Origin: Nitrospirales bacterium
Lineage (GTDB): Bacteria > Nitrospirota > Nitrospiria > Nitrospirales > UBA8639
Assembly: GCA_963555755.3 (NCBI GenBank)
Contig: OY820905.2
Span: 2,816,001-2,880,000 of the forward strand
Direction of reading: 5' to 3'
DNA: 64,000 nt
Both the position numbers and the translations under genes were made by a program. This document shows, piece after piece, positions 1 through 9,991 of this stretch. A model generated the notes under the pieces. That model saw nothing but the letters and a program-made list of their open reading frames with translations, searched no databases and was not told the DNA's origin. Positions within the stretch are counted from its first letter, which is position 1. Each line of letters starts with the position of its first letter.

Positions 1-135
1 GGCTTCATGGTGCAAGCGTGTTCCTTGACACTGAAAGTTTTCTAATGCCAGGCTTTCTTCTAAGAAAAGGGGGCGCGGTACACATTCATTGAACGCCTTT
101 TCTGGTTACATCTTGCTAGAAATTCGACGAGGGGA

Positions 136-525
136 TTGATGGCTGCTTTATTCCTATTTGGTGCAATTAGTTTGACCTGGGGTGTGATGGGATTAATGAT
201 GACCCTTGCGCCTACGGCATGGATCGCCTTTGCTAAGAAGGTGTTGCATGATCCCTGGCAACGATTTTGGATGGCCCAGGGGATGCTCGTGATTGGATTG
301 GTGTTAATCATTGGCACCCCCACGCTTCAGGGATATTGGCTGTGGGTAGGATGCGGAATCGTGGTGGTAGTCAAGGCTTGCATCCTCCTGGGGTCAACAG
401 AGGCATTTCGTGATCGATGGACGACCCTGGCCACTACCAGGCCGACGTGGGTGTATCGAAGTGGCGGCATCCTGTCGTTGGTGATCGCTGCTTGCCTTGC
501 GGCGGATACGATTCTCCATGGCTGA
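136..525 (+). CDS. Small multi-pass membrane protein (DUF2065-like)
   Basis: 129 aa ORF with about four hydrophobic segments. Confidence 0.6.
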   Translation: MMAALFLFGAISLTWGVMGLMMTLAPTAWIAFAKKVLHDPWQRFWMAQGMLVIGLVLIIGTPTLQGYWLWVGCGIVVVVKACILLGSTEAFRDRWTTLATTRPTWVYRSGGILSLVIAACLAADTILHG

Positions 526-835
526 CCTCACTCCAGACCTTTCCAGTGACTCTTCCCTGCTTTCCTCTTTGTGGCAGGTGCATCAATCGGCGGAATGGCC
601 GGTTGCCGGGAATGCCCATGAGGGCGAGTTGATGACGTTGGATACGGTCGTGGCCGGCTGTGTCACGTATTATGTGGAGGAGCATGGCCTTGATACCCAA
701 CGGGTGGGAATTCTCAAGGACTGCTTAGCCGATCTAGAGAATTTGTTGCCGGACTTGGAGCCCGATCCTCAAGCCTATTTCGAACGGCTTCTACAGCTTG
801 GAGATTTGCTCCTGAAGCTTACCCTTGTTGTTTGA
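518..835 (+). CDS. Hypothetical helical protein
   Basis: ATG at 518 (MADLTPDL...) overlaps the upstream stop; protein-like composition. Confidence 0.6.
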   Translation: MADLTPDLSSDSSLLSSLWQVHQSAEWPVAGNAHEGELMTLDTVVAGCVTYYVEEHGLDTQRVGILKDCLADLENLLPDLEPDPQAYFERLLQLGDLLLKLTLVV

Positions 836-938
836 GAAGGCGTGTCCAAGCTTTCCCTAAAAAATCCCCTTCTTGTTTGCCCTTCACTCTTGCCTCATCT
901 TAGATAGAAAAATCACCGGCAGCCCTATCAGGCTCTAG

Positions 939-1227
939 GAGCCTGTCCGAGATTAGCGATCGTAGCGAGGATGTGCTGGTTTGAGTCAGATGTTTCGATC
1001 GTTTGAGGCAAATAGTGGGACTATTCAACGAAAACAGGGAAGGTTGAAAAAGGCCGTCCAGCAAGGCCGCAGGGCTTTTGGCGCGCGGAGCGTACATGGA
1101 GTACGTGAGCACGCCAAAAGCCCGAGAACGCAGCTGGCGGCCTTTTTCAACATTCCCCGAAAAGGATCGGAAGATCTGGCCACCTCCAGCGCATCCGAAG
1201 TAGATTCGTCTAATCTGAGGCAAGTTC
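939..1227. mobile_element. MITE family E (289 bp) carrying a nested family A element
   Basis: TIR GAGCCTGTCCGAGATTAG ... CTAATCTGAGGCAAGTTC, flanked by CTAG/ATAG; a closely similar 289 bp copy lies at 39897-40185. Confidence 0.8.
1037..1158 (+). repeat. Family A ~120 bp palindromic repeat (ERIC-like core)
   Basis: GGGAAGGTTGAAAAAGG...CAAGGCCGCAG...GGAGCGTACATGGAGTACGTGAG...CCTTTTTCAACATTCCC; multiple copies in the window. Confidence 0.9.
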
Positions 1228-1250
1228 ATAGGCAGGGGTTTCCGACAGTT

Positions 1251-2042
1251 CTATGCGATCTCTATTTCTTGGCCTTCGGACAGAATGTGAAGATTGGAAA
1301 TACCCAATCCCTTCAATTGATCAGCAATCCGATGCCGAAATTGGGGTTTGAGGTGGTAGACATACACTGGCAGGTCAGGCTTTCCGATTTTTTGAAATTC
1401 TTCCTGCAATAGGCTCGGGGTGAGATGTCGGCTGGCTAAGGCCAAATCACTCATTTCGTCAGGGAGGGATGTTTCAATAAACGCGGCTTTGAGGTTCGGG
1501 ACTTCCGCCGCCGCACGCCAAAGGGCATCTGTCTGATGCGTATCACTGCTCAAGACCCATCCTACATGCTGATCCCGGATGATCAATCCCACGGTAGGCA
1601 CGAGATGGTTGACCGAAATCGGCGTCAATCGTACATCGCCCAATTGACTTTCTTGCCCTTCGTGGAGGACCTCGGTTCGAAGAATAGGGTGTTCTGAGTC
1701 GGGTAATGCAAAGAAGTTCGGAAAGATCACATCATTAAAAATATGCGCCTTTAGATCTCCGAGGACCTGTGGAATGCTGGCGACCGTAACCGAATTGGTA
1801 GTACAACTAATGAGATTGTCAGCTAAGGAGGGAAGTTCTTTGAGATGATCAATATGGGTATGTGTAAGAACGATATGCCGAATCCGTTTTTGGGATTCTA
1901 AGTTTAACGCGGAAGAAACCGTGCCCGCGTCAATCATTAACGAATCATTGACAAGGAAGCCGATGCTTCGGCAACAGTGTTCTTCTCCCCGCTCATGGGT
2001 GAGGGAGTCTGATCCGTGGCATCCGAGGATTTTTATGTTCAT
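1251..2042 (-). CDS. Class II 3',5'-cyclic nucleotide phosphodiesterase (metallo-beta-lactamase fold)
   Basis: MNIKILGCHGS start, IDAG, THTHIDH metal motif, HLTP and YHLKP motifs. Confidence 0.85.
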   Translation of the reverse strand: MNIKILGCHGSDSLTHERGEEHCCRSIGFLVNDSLMIDAGTVSSALNLESQKRIRHIVLTHTHIDHLKELPSLADNLISCTTNSVTVASIPQVLGDLKAHIFNDVIFPNFFALPDSEHPILRTEVLHEGQESQLGDVRLTPISVNHLVPTVGLIIRDQHVGWVLSSDTHQTDALWRAAAEVPNLKAAFIETSLPDEMSDLALASRHLTPSLLQEEFQKIGKPDLPVYVYHLKPQFRHRIADQLKGLGISNLHILSEGQEIEIA

Positions 2043-2216
2043 GGACAATCCATTCCTTTGGAGGCCTGGTGTTGTAATAGTTATCATTACATGAAACTAG
2101 GGCGTTCGTCACTCCTGGGCAGTGATCTTTGTCACAGAGAAGCAAAGAACTGGGTTTTGCGAGAAACACAGGTCCTGCGAGAGATGCCTGCCTTTTTATT
2201 CCCACAGTCTTTTGGG

Positions 2217-2258
2217 ACCTTCCTTCGACAGGCTCAGGACAGGTTTTGAACAGCCCCT
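2217..2258. repeat. REP-like hairpin inserted in an orphan family A terminal repeat
   Basis: CCTTCCTTCGACAGGCTCAGGACAGG followed by TTTTGAACAGCCCC. Confidence 0.65.
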
Positions 2259-2453
2259 TGTCCTCCTGAAAATTGTGCGAGTTGGGCAGTTGTCCCTAAT
2301 TTGAAAATTTTTTAAATTATCAATACCTGTTTGTCACGGAACTCGTGTCCGGCAACCCAATTCCTTCTTGTTTGACGCCCTGAAAAAACCTGTGGTATCG
2401 TGATTTTTCTGTTCTAGACCGTTGAAAAATAAGCTGAAATTGCGAGCCAGACT

Positions 2454-3368
2454 ATGGGAAAAGACTTAAAAGAAATCCTAGGGAAACTAAAGTATACCGA
2501 CGATGCGAAGGTGATCCAACAACTCACCGCTCATACCAAGCACGTGCATGATCGCATGTCAGGCATCAAGCACAAGCTCGTCATCATGAGTGGCAAGGGC
2601 GGGGTTGGCAAGAGCATGACCACGGTCAATTTGGCTTTGGCCTTGGCTCGACAGGGCAAAAAAGTAGGGATTATTGATGTTGATCTGAACGGACCTTGCA
2701 TTCCCCAGATGATGGGGATTCATGGAAAAGGCCTTGAAATTACCCCGGAAGGCGCGCGACCACCGGAAGGCCCCTATGGCATAAAAGTGGCGTCCATGGA
2801 TTTCCTGCTCAGTGAAGCGGCACCTGTTCGGTGGAAAGGACCCATGGATTTGAGTCCGGTTTGGCTCGGGCTCATGGAAATGAATGTCATTCGTGAGTTC
2901 CTCGCGGATATCATTTGGGGAGAGCTGGATTTTCTGCTGGCGGACCTTCCTCCAGGAGCAGCGGCTGATAAACCGCCGGTCATTGCCGGCTTCCTTCCGG
3001 ATCTGGCCGGAGCCGTGGTGGTCACCACGCCATCGGAAGTCGCGTCGAATGTCGTGCAGAAATCGATTGGCTACGCCACCGAACTCGGCATTACAGTCCT
3101 GGGCGTCATTGAAAACATGAGCTACTACCGGTGCCCTTCTTGTGGTGAAGAGAACGAATTATTCGAAGGCAACACAGAAGGCATGTGCGAAGCGTTGAAC
3201 CTGCCATTGCTTGGCCGCATTCCCTTTGATCGCGACTTTGCCAAAACCTTTGATAAAGGCATCCCGTTGTTGGATGATCAACATCCGACCATTCAGCGCT
3301 ATCAAAATATTGTTGGACGAATCCAATCGTTATTGGATTACAAAAAAGTTCTGGCTGAGAAGCTATAA
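2454..3368 (+). CDS. mrp: Mrp/NBP35 family Fe-S carrier ATPase
   Basis: SGKGGVGKS Walker A, DVDLNGP, DLPPG, VIENMS, CPSC. Confidence 0.9.
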   Translation: MGKDLKEILGKLKYTDDAKVIQQLTAHTKHVHDRMSGIKHKLVIMSGKGGVGKSMTTVNLALALARQGKKVGIIDVDLNGPCIPQMMGIHGKGLEITPEGARPPEGPYGIKVASMDFLLSEAAPVRWKGPMDLSPVWLGLMEMNVIREFLADIIWGELDFLLADLPPGAAADKPPVIAGFLPDLAGAVVVTTPSEVASNVVQKSIGYATELGITVLGVIENMSYYRCPSCGEENELFEGNTEGMCEALNLPLLGRIPFDRDFAKTFDKGIPLLDDQHPTIQRYQNIVGRIQSLLDYKKVLAEKL

Positions 3369-3422
3369 TGAGTGGTGTAACCCGAGCTTCTCTCAATCCC
3401 AACTCTCCTGTGTGAGGACGTT

Positions 3423-4166
3423 ATGAAATTTGTCTGCTTAAATTGCGAAACGTATATGAATTTTGAAAAGGTTGAAAAGCCTGCCGAAGGGACACTTGGT
3501 GTGTTTTTCGCCTGTCCGTCCTGTGATGCCAAAGTGTCGATGGTGACCAATCCGGGGGAAACCCAAATGGTCAGTACTCTTGGGGTACAACTCGGCGGAC
3601 GCACCGTCGATGCTATACCTCTGGAAATGACGCGGGGAACCTTAAAAGAGGAAGTGAGTGCCCCGGCAGACTCAGCGTCCATGGCTGCCTATCTCAATGA
3701 CAAAATCCAAGCGGGGGAAAGTGCAGCACCGGCTGGAGCGACAACCGCGAAGGAAGGCGAAGGAGGTTGTCCCTTTTCCGCGATAGTCGCGCAGATGGGA
3801 TTGACCACAGGCGGCACCTCAACCGGAACTCAACAATCCGATCTTCAATGGACACCCGATGCGCAAGAGCGTTTAGGCAAACTCCCCTCCTTTGTCCAAC
3901 CCATGGTCAAAGGCAGTGTCGAAACCTATGCAAGGAAGAATAGCTACACCACTGTGACGCTCCAAGTCATGGATGATTCGAAGAATAATACATCGGATGG
4001 GATGAATTGGTCTCCTGAGGCCGAAGAGCGGCTGAAAAATATTCCAGACTTCATTCAACCCATGGCCCGAAAAGAAATTGAGCGTATAGCCCAAGAGCGT
4101 GGCGTGACTACCATCTCCGCAGAACTCATGGACGAAGCCAAAGACAAGTTCATGAAGTTTATGTAA
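3423..4166 (+). CDS. Zinc-ribbon protein with two C-terminal PCP-reductase-like (BchB C-terminal) repeats
   Basis: N-terminal CxxC...CxxC; repeats WTPDAQERLGKLPSFV and WSPEAEERLKNIPDFI. Confidence 0.75.
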   Translation: MKFVCLNCETYMNFEKVEKPAEGTLGVFFACPSCDAKVSMVTNPGETQMVSTLGVQLGGRTVDAIPLEMTRGTLKEEVSAPADSASMAAYLNDKIQAGESAAPAGATTAKEGEGGCPFSAIVAQMGLTTGGTSTGTQQSDLQWTPDAQERLGKLPSFVQPMVKGSVETYARKNSYTTVTLQVMDDSKNNTSDGMNWSPEAEERLKNIPDFIQPMARKEIERIAQERGVTTISAELMDEAKDKFMKFM

Positions 4167-4185
4167 CGCGGATTCAATAGATCCT

Positions 4186-4218
4186 AAAAAAGGCGGCTCA
4201 CTTGAGCCGCCTTTTTTT
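4186..4218. terminator. Bidirectional intrinsic terminator
   Basis: AAAAAAGGCGGCTCA-CT-TGAGCCGCCTTTTTTT. Confidence 0.85.
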
Positions 4219-4236
4219 GTTCATTTTTTCACGTTT

Positions 4237-4268
4237 GTCATTCCCGACATCCTTTATCGGGAATCCAG
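4237..4268 (+). repeat. dRS3/REP-like GTCATTCCCG...CGGGAATCCAG hairpin
   Basis: GTCATTCCCGACATCCTTTATCGGGAATCCAG; another copy near 44108, with partner half-sites near 6285 and 44188. Confidence 0.7.
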
Positions 4269-4275
4269 AATTTAT

Positions 4276-4473
4276 TTTATGCGGGGTTTCGTCCCCGCAC
4301 GACGAGGCACTTTTGTTTCGGCGAAAGTACCCAAAACCATGTTCGCTCGTTCGCGTCCCTGCGGGTAAACTCCGCCCCGGCACCGAATTAAATGGCTGCG
4401 CAACTCGCTCCGCTCAAACAGTGCTCGCCGAATAGTCGAATTCGGCACCGCGGCTCTGCCGCGTCCGAAGGCG
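4276..4473 (+). repeat. Family D ~200 bp multi-hairpin repeat
   Basis: ATGCGGGGTTTCGTCCCCGC...CTTTTGTTTCGGCGAAAG...CTCGCTCCGCTCAAACAG...CCGAAGGCG; four copies in the window. Confidence 0.85.
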
Positions 4474-4704
4474 TGGGAGATACTCAAAAAACAAATAAAG
4501 TTTTTTAACGGGAGGCAGGGAGACCGAACCATAAACGCAATTCTCATGCCTCTGATCTAAGTTCTGGTACTTGGATTATTAGCTGATATGTGGCATTGAT
4601 AGACATGCTCCCTTCTCGAATTTCCTTCTTTTTTCGGCACAGATAAATTTGGTAGGCGCCCATGAGCCCCAAAAGTTTTCCTCTACTTAAGGAGAAAAAA
4701 TAAG

Positions 4705-6036
4705 TTGGCAATTTGTCTAGCTATTTTCCTAATTGCTTTTAATCTATTTATCCCACCCCCAGCGATAGCCGTGGATTTTGAGGATATCCCACCCTCTGTT
4801 CGGCAATCCGTAATCCGGCTTTCAGGAAATTCAGGGTGTGCGACGGGGTTTATCGTTGGAAATCAAATCGTGACAAATGCCCACGTGACAGAAAAACTTT
4901 GTCCTTACGGAGAATGTGATCCCATCACGGTTAAAATACTGGACTCGGTAGAAACCGAATCCTGGAAATATTTAAAAAACCAAGAGGCCGTAATGGTACA
5001 AGAAGTTCCTACCTTAGACGTGGCTCTGCTTAAAATACCGAGCATCACCCAAAATTCAATTTCACAAACCAGTTTTTCTTCAGCGAAAATTGGTGGCCAG
5101 GTCTATATTTTAGGGTTCCCAAGTTGCGGGGACATTACGCTGACAGAAGGCAAAATTTTGGCAAAAACCCCCACTGGATTCCGCACCTCCGCTTTGACAA
5201 AAAAGGGAAGTAGCGGCAGTCCGGTCTTTAACCAAAACTTTGAGATCATTGGGGTCGCAATGCAAAGTAGCAGTCTTATAGGCGGAATTGCCTCGTTACC
5301 TTTTAACACTTCAACACCTACCGATTTTGTAGATATAGGCTATACACAGACTGTTCTCTGGTCTAAAGATTCAGAGTTAGCCCTTATCGAAATGAAAATC
5401 TTAAATTCCATATACCGTGATTTTGTCGTCTCATCAAAAGGCCTAGATCGAATGCGTGCCAGCTTTGACTTCATTATGGCCGCAGATGTTGTATTGCGAC
5501 GTTCGTCATTTTTTCTATTGGACAAGGGAACCCTGTTTGCCCTTTTTGCTGGACGAGAAAATTCTCTGAATTTTTTAAGACATCCGTTTAAGCCCTCAAG
5601 CCCGGAATTGCTAGAAGCCGAAAAACTTGGGACGGCCTTTGCCTTGGAAGTGTATGGGTTGCACGATGAAACCTTTGAGGAGATTGATGTTCCTGCCCTT
5701 CTTGAGAACCTACGAGATTCCGGGCGTTCTCGCCATCATGCTCAAAGTCTTGAAGAACTTATTTCATTGGCACAAGTCCATAAACCCGCTAATTGGATTT
5801 TTTCAATTTTATTATTCTTTGGGTTTGGGTTGTCCTTACTTGCGGCATGGGGATGGTCCTTAGGTTATGTCTTTAAAGCCGCTAATGGCTCCTGGCACCT
5901 TCGAATTCTAAAAATGATGGTGATAGGTTTGATGTTGTGGCCTTTATCGTTGATTGCATTCTGGCTGATGAATAAACCACAACAAATTCCTGAGCCCACC
6001 AATTCCACTAACCCATCGAATCAGGGGATTCACTGA
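4705..6036 (+). CDS. Trypsin-like serine protease with signal peptide and C-terminal TM helices
   Basis: Catalytic triad motifs TNAHV, LDVALL, KGSSGSP; AT-richer than flanks; start codon uncertain. Confidence 0.8.
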   Translation: MAICLAIFLIAFNLFIPPPAIAVDFEDIPPSVRQSVIRLSGNSGCATGFIVGNQIVTNAHVTEKLCPYGECDPITVKILDSVETESWKYLKNQEAVMVQEVPTLDVALLKIPSITQNSISQTSFSSAKIGGQVYILGFPSCGDITLTEGKILAKTPTGFRTSALTKKGSSGSPVFNQNFEIIGVAMQSSSLIGGIASLPFNTSTPTDFVDIGYTQTVLWSKDSELALIEMKILNSIYRDFVVSSKGLDRMRASFDFIMAADVVLRRSSFFLLDKGTLFALFAGRENSLNFLRHPFKPSSPELLEAEKLGTAFALEVYGLHDETFEEIDVPALLENLRDSGRSRHHAQSLEELISLAQVHKPANWIFSILLFFGFGLSLLAAWGWSLGYVFKAANGSWHLRILKMMVIGLMLWPLSLIAFWLMNKPQQIPEPTNSTNPSNQGIH

Positions 6037-6077
6037 GGGTTTCAGGCTATAGTCCCTGTGTGGCTATTTTTTCTTAC

Positions 6078-6274
6078 CGCCTTGGGGTGCGGCGGAGCCG
6101 CAGCCCCGAATCGATTTCTCGGCGAGGGCTGTTTGAGCGGAGCGAGTTCCCTCGCCATCTTATTCGGGGCGGAGGCGGAGGGACCCCATGGGCCGCGCAC
6201 GGGCGGAAATGGTTTTGGGTCCTTTTGCCGAAACGAAAGGACCTCGTCGCGCGGGGACGAAACCCCGCATAAAA
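6078..6274 (-). repeat. Family D repeat (inverted relative to the 4276 copy)
   Basis: Reverse-complement similarity to 4276-4473. Confidence 0.85.
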
Positions 6275-6414
6275 TAAAACACCGCTGGATTCCTGCCAGC
6301 AACTTCGACAATAACTCAAATTGGATGAAAGATCCTGAGTCGAAGTTCGAGGAGAAATTTATTTGAAAGTGGTTAGAGAAAAGAAGTCCAGATGGACGGA
6401 AGGGAATCGATTTC

Positions 6415-7428
6415 TTATTCGCACCAAGTGCCCGGTTGACAGATCGCAGTTGTTGATGGAGAAGAAACTGCAGAAGTAGAGACTGATTCGGTTGGGGTTG
6501 AGGCTTCGCACCAGGATCCCAAAGCGCATTCGGCCGGGGCTGATTGAGATGGGTTCGGGGCACTTGCCCCCACACTTTGTGGAGAAGGATTTGCCAGCAT
6601 TCCAGAGTTTGCATTCGGGGTAGATTGATTCAGCGGAAGAAAGCTGGTCGTGAGAAGATTGGTGTTCAACGTGCCTAAGTTTTGCGCGACCACGAGATCG
6701 GGATGTTCCTTTTGAAGCTTCGCCAACATTTTCAAGCCATCATCTCGTAATTTGTGACGTGGATGTTCACGGACTAAGGCGATCAGCCAGTCCCGCGACC
6801 AATCGGGGGCGCCTAAATCCTTATAGGTTTTGGCCAATTCATATTTGGCTTTCGCCGCCGCTTCCAAGTGGGGATAGGACTCAATCACCATTTTGTATCG
6901 TTTGGCTGCCGCGAGATAGGCTTCCTTTTGATAATAAAATTCCGCCACAAACAGATGGTGCTGGGCCAAGAGGTCTTCGCATTCGCCAATCTTGGTTCTG
7001 GCTTCGGCTTCATACCGACTGGCTGGGTGGTCCTGCATCAGTTGGATGAACTCTTCGCGAGCTTTTTCAATAGGGCTGACATCGCGATCAATGGTTTGAA
7101 TCATTTTAAAATGGCTGAGGGCTAGTCGATACTGTGCGTAGGGTGCCAGCACATGGTTGCGATGAAGATCTAAAAAGTGTTGATATTCGACGATGGCTTC
7201 AGCATAGCCCTCTTTATCATGGAAGGATTCAGCCCTTTTCATGATGACGTTGGGGTCGTAGTTCATTTCAATGGTGTCCCCAACAAAGATCTGTTCGTCC
7301 GTCCCACTGAGCGGAGCGTTTGTGGAGGCAGATTCATTTTCCGGCGTGCTTGTGCAGCCACCGAGTAGAATTGCTGCGAGAAACATGGCGCCGACCGCTA
7401 TGGATAAATTTTTTGTGGAGATTGTCAT
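6415..7428 (-). CDS. bamD: Outer membrane assembly lipoprotein BamD
   Basis: Lipobox LLGGC, TPRs, IDRDVS/YPASRY-type and AEFY...AYLAA motifs. Confidence 0.85.
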   Translation of the reverse strand: MTISTKNLSIAVGAMFLAAILLGGCTSTPENESASTNAPLSGTDEQIFVGDTIEMNYDPNVIMKRAESFHDKEGYAEAIVEYQHFLDLHRNHVLAPYAQYRLALSHFKMIQTIDRDVSPIEKAREEFIQLMQDHPASRYEAEARTKIGECEDLLAQHHLFVAEFYYQKEAYLAAAKRYKMVIESYPHLEAAAKAKYELAKTYKDLGAPDWSRDWLIALVREHPRHKLRDDGLKMLAKLQKEHPDLVVAQNLGTLNTNLLTTSFLPLNQSTPNANSGMLANPSPQSVGASAPNPSQSAPAECALGSWCEASTPTESVSTSAVSSPSTTAICQPGTWCE

Positions 7429-7586
7429 AAATTTAAAACGAAAGAACATGCTCCAGCCCGCAACCTTTTAATACTATCATAAATACGTACTTTCACGCAA
7501 GATTTCTTCCGTTTATGTTTCCATAATGCAGATGTGATATCCACAATGCACCTACCCATTTTATAATGTGAAGATGAGGGTTTTTC

Positions 7587-8600
7587 GTGACACGCAAGGT
7601 TTTCAGTCGAATCGTCGGTACGGGATCCTATTTGCCAGAGCGTCTCGTTAGTAATAAGGAGGTGGCTTCGTATTTTGGTTTGCCTGATGAAGACGTGTTT
7701 CGCGTGACAGGCATCAAAAGCCGCCATTGGTGTTATCCGGACCAGACGTGTTCTGATTTGGCGGAACAGGCTGCACGTGAAGCATTGAAGGCTGCAGGCC
7801 AATCCATTGAATCTGTGGATGCTATTTTTGTATCCACCACATCACCCGATACGATTTTTCCGTCAACCGCGTGCTATCTGCAAAAAAAGTTACAAGCTAA
7901 ACACGTCGCGGCCTTTGACTTGGCTGCCTCGTGCACGGGGTTTATTTATGGGCTGTCGGTGGCTGATGCGTTCATTCGATCTGGACAGTATACGTGTTGC
8001 CTAGTTGTGGCAGCGGAGGTGAAATCCCGATATCTTGACGCGTCTCGAAAAGCCAGTGCCATGCTGTTTGGTGATGGAGCAGGAGCTGCCGTGGTGAGGA
8101 GAGAACAAGACGTGGAGACCACGGATCCAAATATGAAGCATGGTATTTTAGGAACTCGATTGTATTCAGACGGGGCTTGCCACGGTCTGATAACGGTACC
8201 AGCCGGGGGATCCAAGTTGCCGGCGACTGCCGACACGGTTCGGAACCATCTACATGCCATTGAGTTGGAGGGTAGCCCGGTTTTTCGAACAGGGGTCAAA
8301 CGGTTGAGTGTGGCCATGGAAGACATGCTTCGGGAGTTTGCCTTCACGGTCGCGGACCTGAAACAGGTGATTGCCCATCAAGCGAACGGACGGATGCTCC
8401 GAGCCATCGCCAAACGTGCACATCTCGCACCGGACCAAATGTTTTCCATGATTGAGCAGGCAGGGAATACCTCTTCTGCGTCCTTGCCAATTGCCTTGGA
8501 CGTGGCTTCCCGTCAAAAGAAGTTTGACTCGGGAGACCTTATCCTCCTGGGCGCATTTGGTGGAGGGTTCACCTGGGGAACAGCGTTGATTCGTTGGTGA
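7587..8600 (+). CDS. fabH: 3-oxoacyl-ACP synthase III
   Basis: GTGSYLP, AASCTGF, HQAN, GNTSSAS, FGGGFTWG. Confidence 0.95.
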   Translation: MTRKVFSRIVGTGSYLPERLVSNKEVASYFGLPDEDVFRVTGIKSRHWCYPDQTCSDLAEQAAREALKAAGQSIESVDAIFVSTTSPDTIFPSTACYLQKKLQAKHVAAFDLAASCTGFIYGLSVADAFIRSGQYTCCLVVAAEVKSRYLDASRKASAMLFGDGAGAAVVRREQDVETTDPNMKHGILGTRLYSDGACHGLITVPAGGSKLPATADTVRNHLHAIELEGSPVFRTGVKRLSVAMEDMLREFAFTVADLKQVIAHQANGRMLRAIAKRAHLAPDQMFSMIEQAGNTSSASLPIALDVASRQKKFDSGDLILLGAFGGGFTWGTALIRW

Positions 8601-8603
8601 GAG

Positions 8604-8813
8604 AGGGAATGTTGAAAAAGCATGCCCCCGCGGAGGCGGGGGGGCGTCAGTGGCGTTCGTTGTGGACGTGATACGTGAAGCGAAAGAGTCGTTTTGACTG
8701 CTATCTTCTTGCTTCCTTATTCATCACGCATTACGCTTCACCCATTACGAATTAAGCCTTGCTGAGCGCACCTTCCTTCGGCGTTGGCTCAGGACAGGTT
8801 TTGAACATCCCCT
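8604..8813 (-). repeat. Composite family A element with two REP insertions and heptamer repeats replacing the core
   Basis: TIRs GGGAATGTTGAAAAAG / TTTTGAACATCCCC; internal CATGCCCCCGCGGAGGCGGGGG and CTTCGGCGTTGGCTCAGGACAGG. Confidence 0.7.
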
Positions 8814-8953
8814 CTTGCTTTTGGCGGTTCATAGAACCAGTTGACGAAATAGCGGGTCCTGGCCTAAAGTTGCTCGTCTTTTCTTGGGTGGTCACTTACG
8901 TACCAACATTGGTGCAATCCCAACTTCGTCAAAGTTTTTGTAAGGAGGATTAA

Positions 8954-9892
8954 GTGAAAAAGATATATTTAGGCAATCCGCGTGGATTTTGTGCTGGCGT
9001 TGATCGGGCCATCGAAATCGTCGAATTGTCGTTGAAACGGTATGGGGCTCCGATTTATGTGCGACATGAAATCGTGCACAGCCGGCATGTGGTCAATTCG
9101 TTGCGTGAACGAGGGGCTATCTTTGTGGAAGAACTGGATAAGGTCCCAGATGGCGCATTAGTGATCTTTAGCGCCCATGGAGTGGCAAAAGAGGTGTGGG
9201 AAGACGCGAGGCGGCGAAACTTAAAAGTGATCGATGCGACCTGCCCGCTTGTAATTAAAGTCCACAATGAGGTAAATCGCGACCACACCAATGATTATGA
9301 ACTGATTCTCATTGGCCATGCAGGCCATCCTGAGGTGGTCGGTACTCTTGGGCAAATTCCGGATAAATTCCATCTCGTGTCTTCTGTCGAAGATGTGGAA
9401 AAGCTCCATGTGGAGACTGCCGACCATCTGTCCTATGTCACACAAACCACGCTGAGTGTTGATGAATGCCGGGAAATTGTAGAAGCCTTAAATCGTCGGT
9501 TTCCTGGGATTAAAGGACCTCACCAGGAAGACATCTGCTATGCTACGCAAAATCGCCAAAACGTCATTAAAGAGTTGGCGAAATTTGTGGATCTTATTCT
9601 CGTCATCGGTTCTCCGAATAGCTCCAATTCCAACCGCCTTCGGGAATTGGCAGAGAGATTTGCCATCCCTTCCTATCTGATCGATTCCTACAAGGACATT
9701 CAACATGAATGGCTCAAAGGTGTTGAGGCCATCGGGATTACGGCTGGGGCTTCGGCTCCTGAGATTCTGGTGACTGAGGTCGTCTCCTATCTCAAAGGGC
9801 TTGGAGCATCGGAAGTTGAGGAGCTGACGGTTGTCGAGGAGGATGTTGAATTTCTTCTTCCAAAAGAATTAGTTATGCCTGGCCGTAAATAA
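8954..9892 (+). CDS. ispH: 4-hydroxy-3-methylbut-2-enyl diphosphate reductase
   Basis: [36 protein letters not shown]. Confidence 0.97.
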   Translation: MKKIYLGNPRGFCAGVDRAIEIVELSLKRYGAPIYVRHEIVHSRHVVNSLRERGAIFVEELDKVPDGALVIFSAHGVAKEVWEDARRRNLKVIDATCPLVIKVHNEVNRDHTNDYELILIGHAGHPEVVGTLGQIPDKFHLVSSVEDVEKLHVETADHLSYVTQTTLSVDECREIVEALNRRFPGIKGPHQEDICYATQNRQNVIKELAKFVDLILVIGSPNSSNSNRLRELAERFAIPSYLIDSYKDIQHEWLKGVEAIGITAGASAPEILVTEVVSYLKGLGASEVEELTVVEEDVEFLLPKELVMPGRK

Positions 9893-9913
9893 GAAGTCCC
9901 TGTTTTTGATTAG

Positions 9914-9922
9914 TTATCCACA
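9914..9922 (+). promoter_or_regulatory. Perfect DnaA box upstream of smc
   Basis: TTATCCACA. Confidence 0.55.
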
Positions 9923-9943
9923 GCTCGAATAAATTTTTGAAAC

Positions 9944-9991
9944 CCACAATATTTTGCATGTATAGATTCGTCAAACCACAACATTTAGTGT
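9944..9991. promoter_or_regulatory. Tandem NrdR-like boxes upstream of smc
   Basis: CCACAATATTTTGCAT (9944) and CCACAACATTTAGTGT (9976), 32 bp apart; 12/16 and 13/16 matches to acaCwAtATaTwGtgt. Confidence 0.65.

Noticed and set aside
900..1412. ORFs of 109 and 143 aa, and their look-alikes at 13647, 24755, 39687, 39999 and 57183
   Set aside because: They are translations of the E and A repeats; the recurring peptides reflect repeated DNA, not a protein family.
4662..4705. Possible poly-A phase variation joining ATG 4662 to the protease ORF
   Set aside because: The run is only six A's, and an AAGGAG RBS adequately explains the TTG start at 4705.
4198..6614. Short ORFs over the family D copies (also 48479-48937)
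   Set aside because: They derive from the D repeat or are antisense to bamD.
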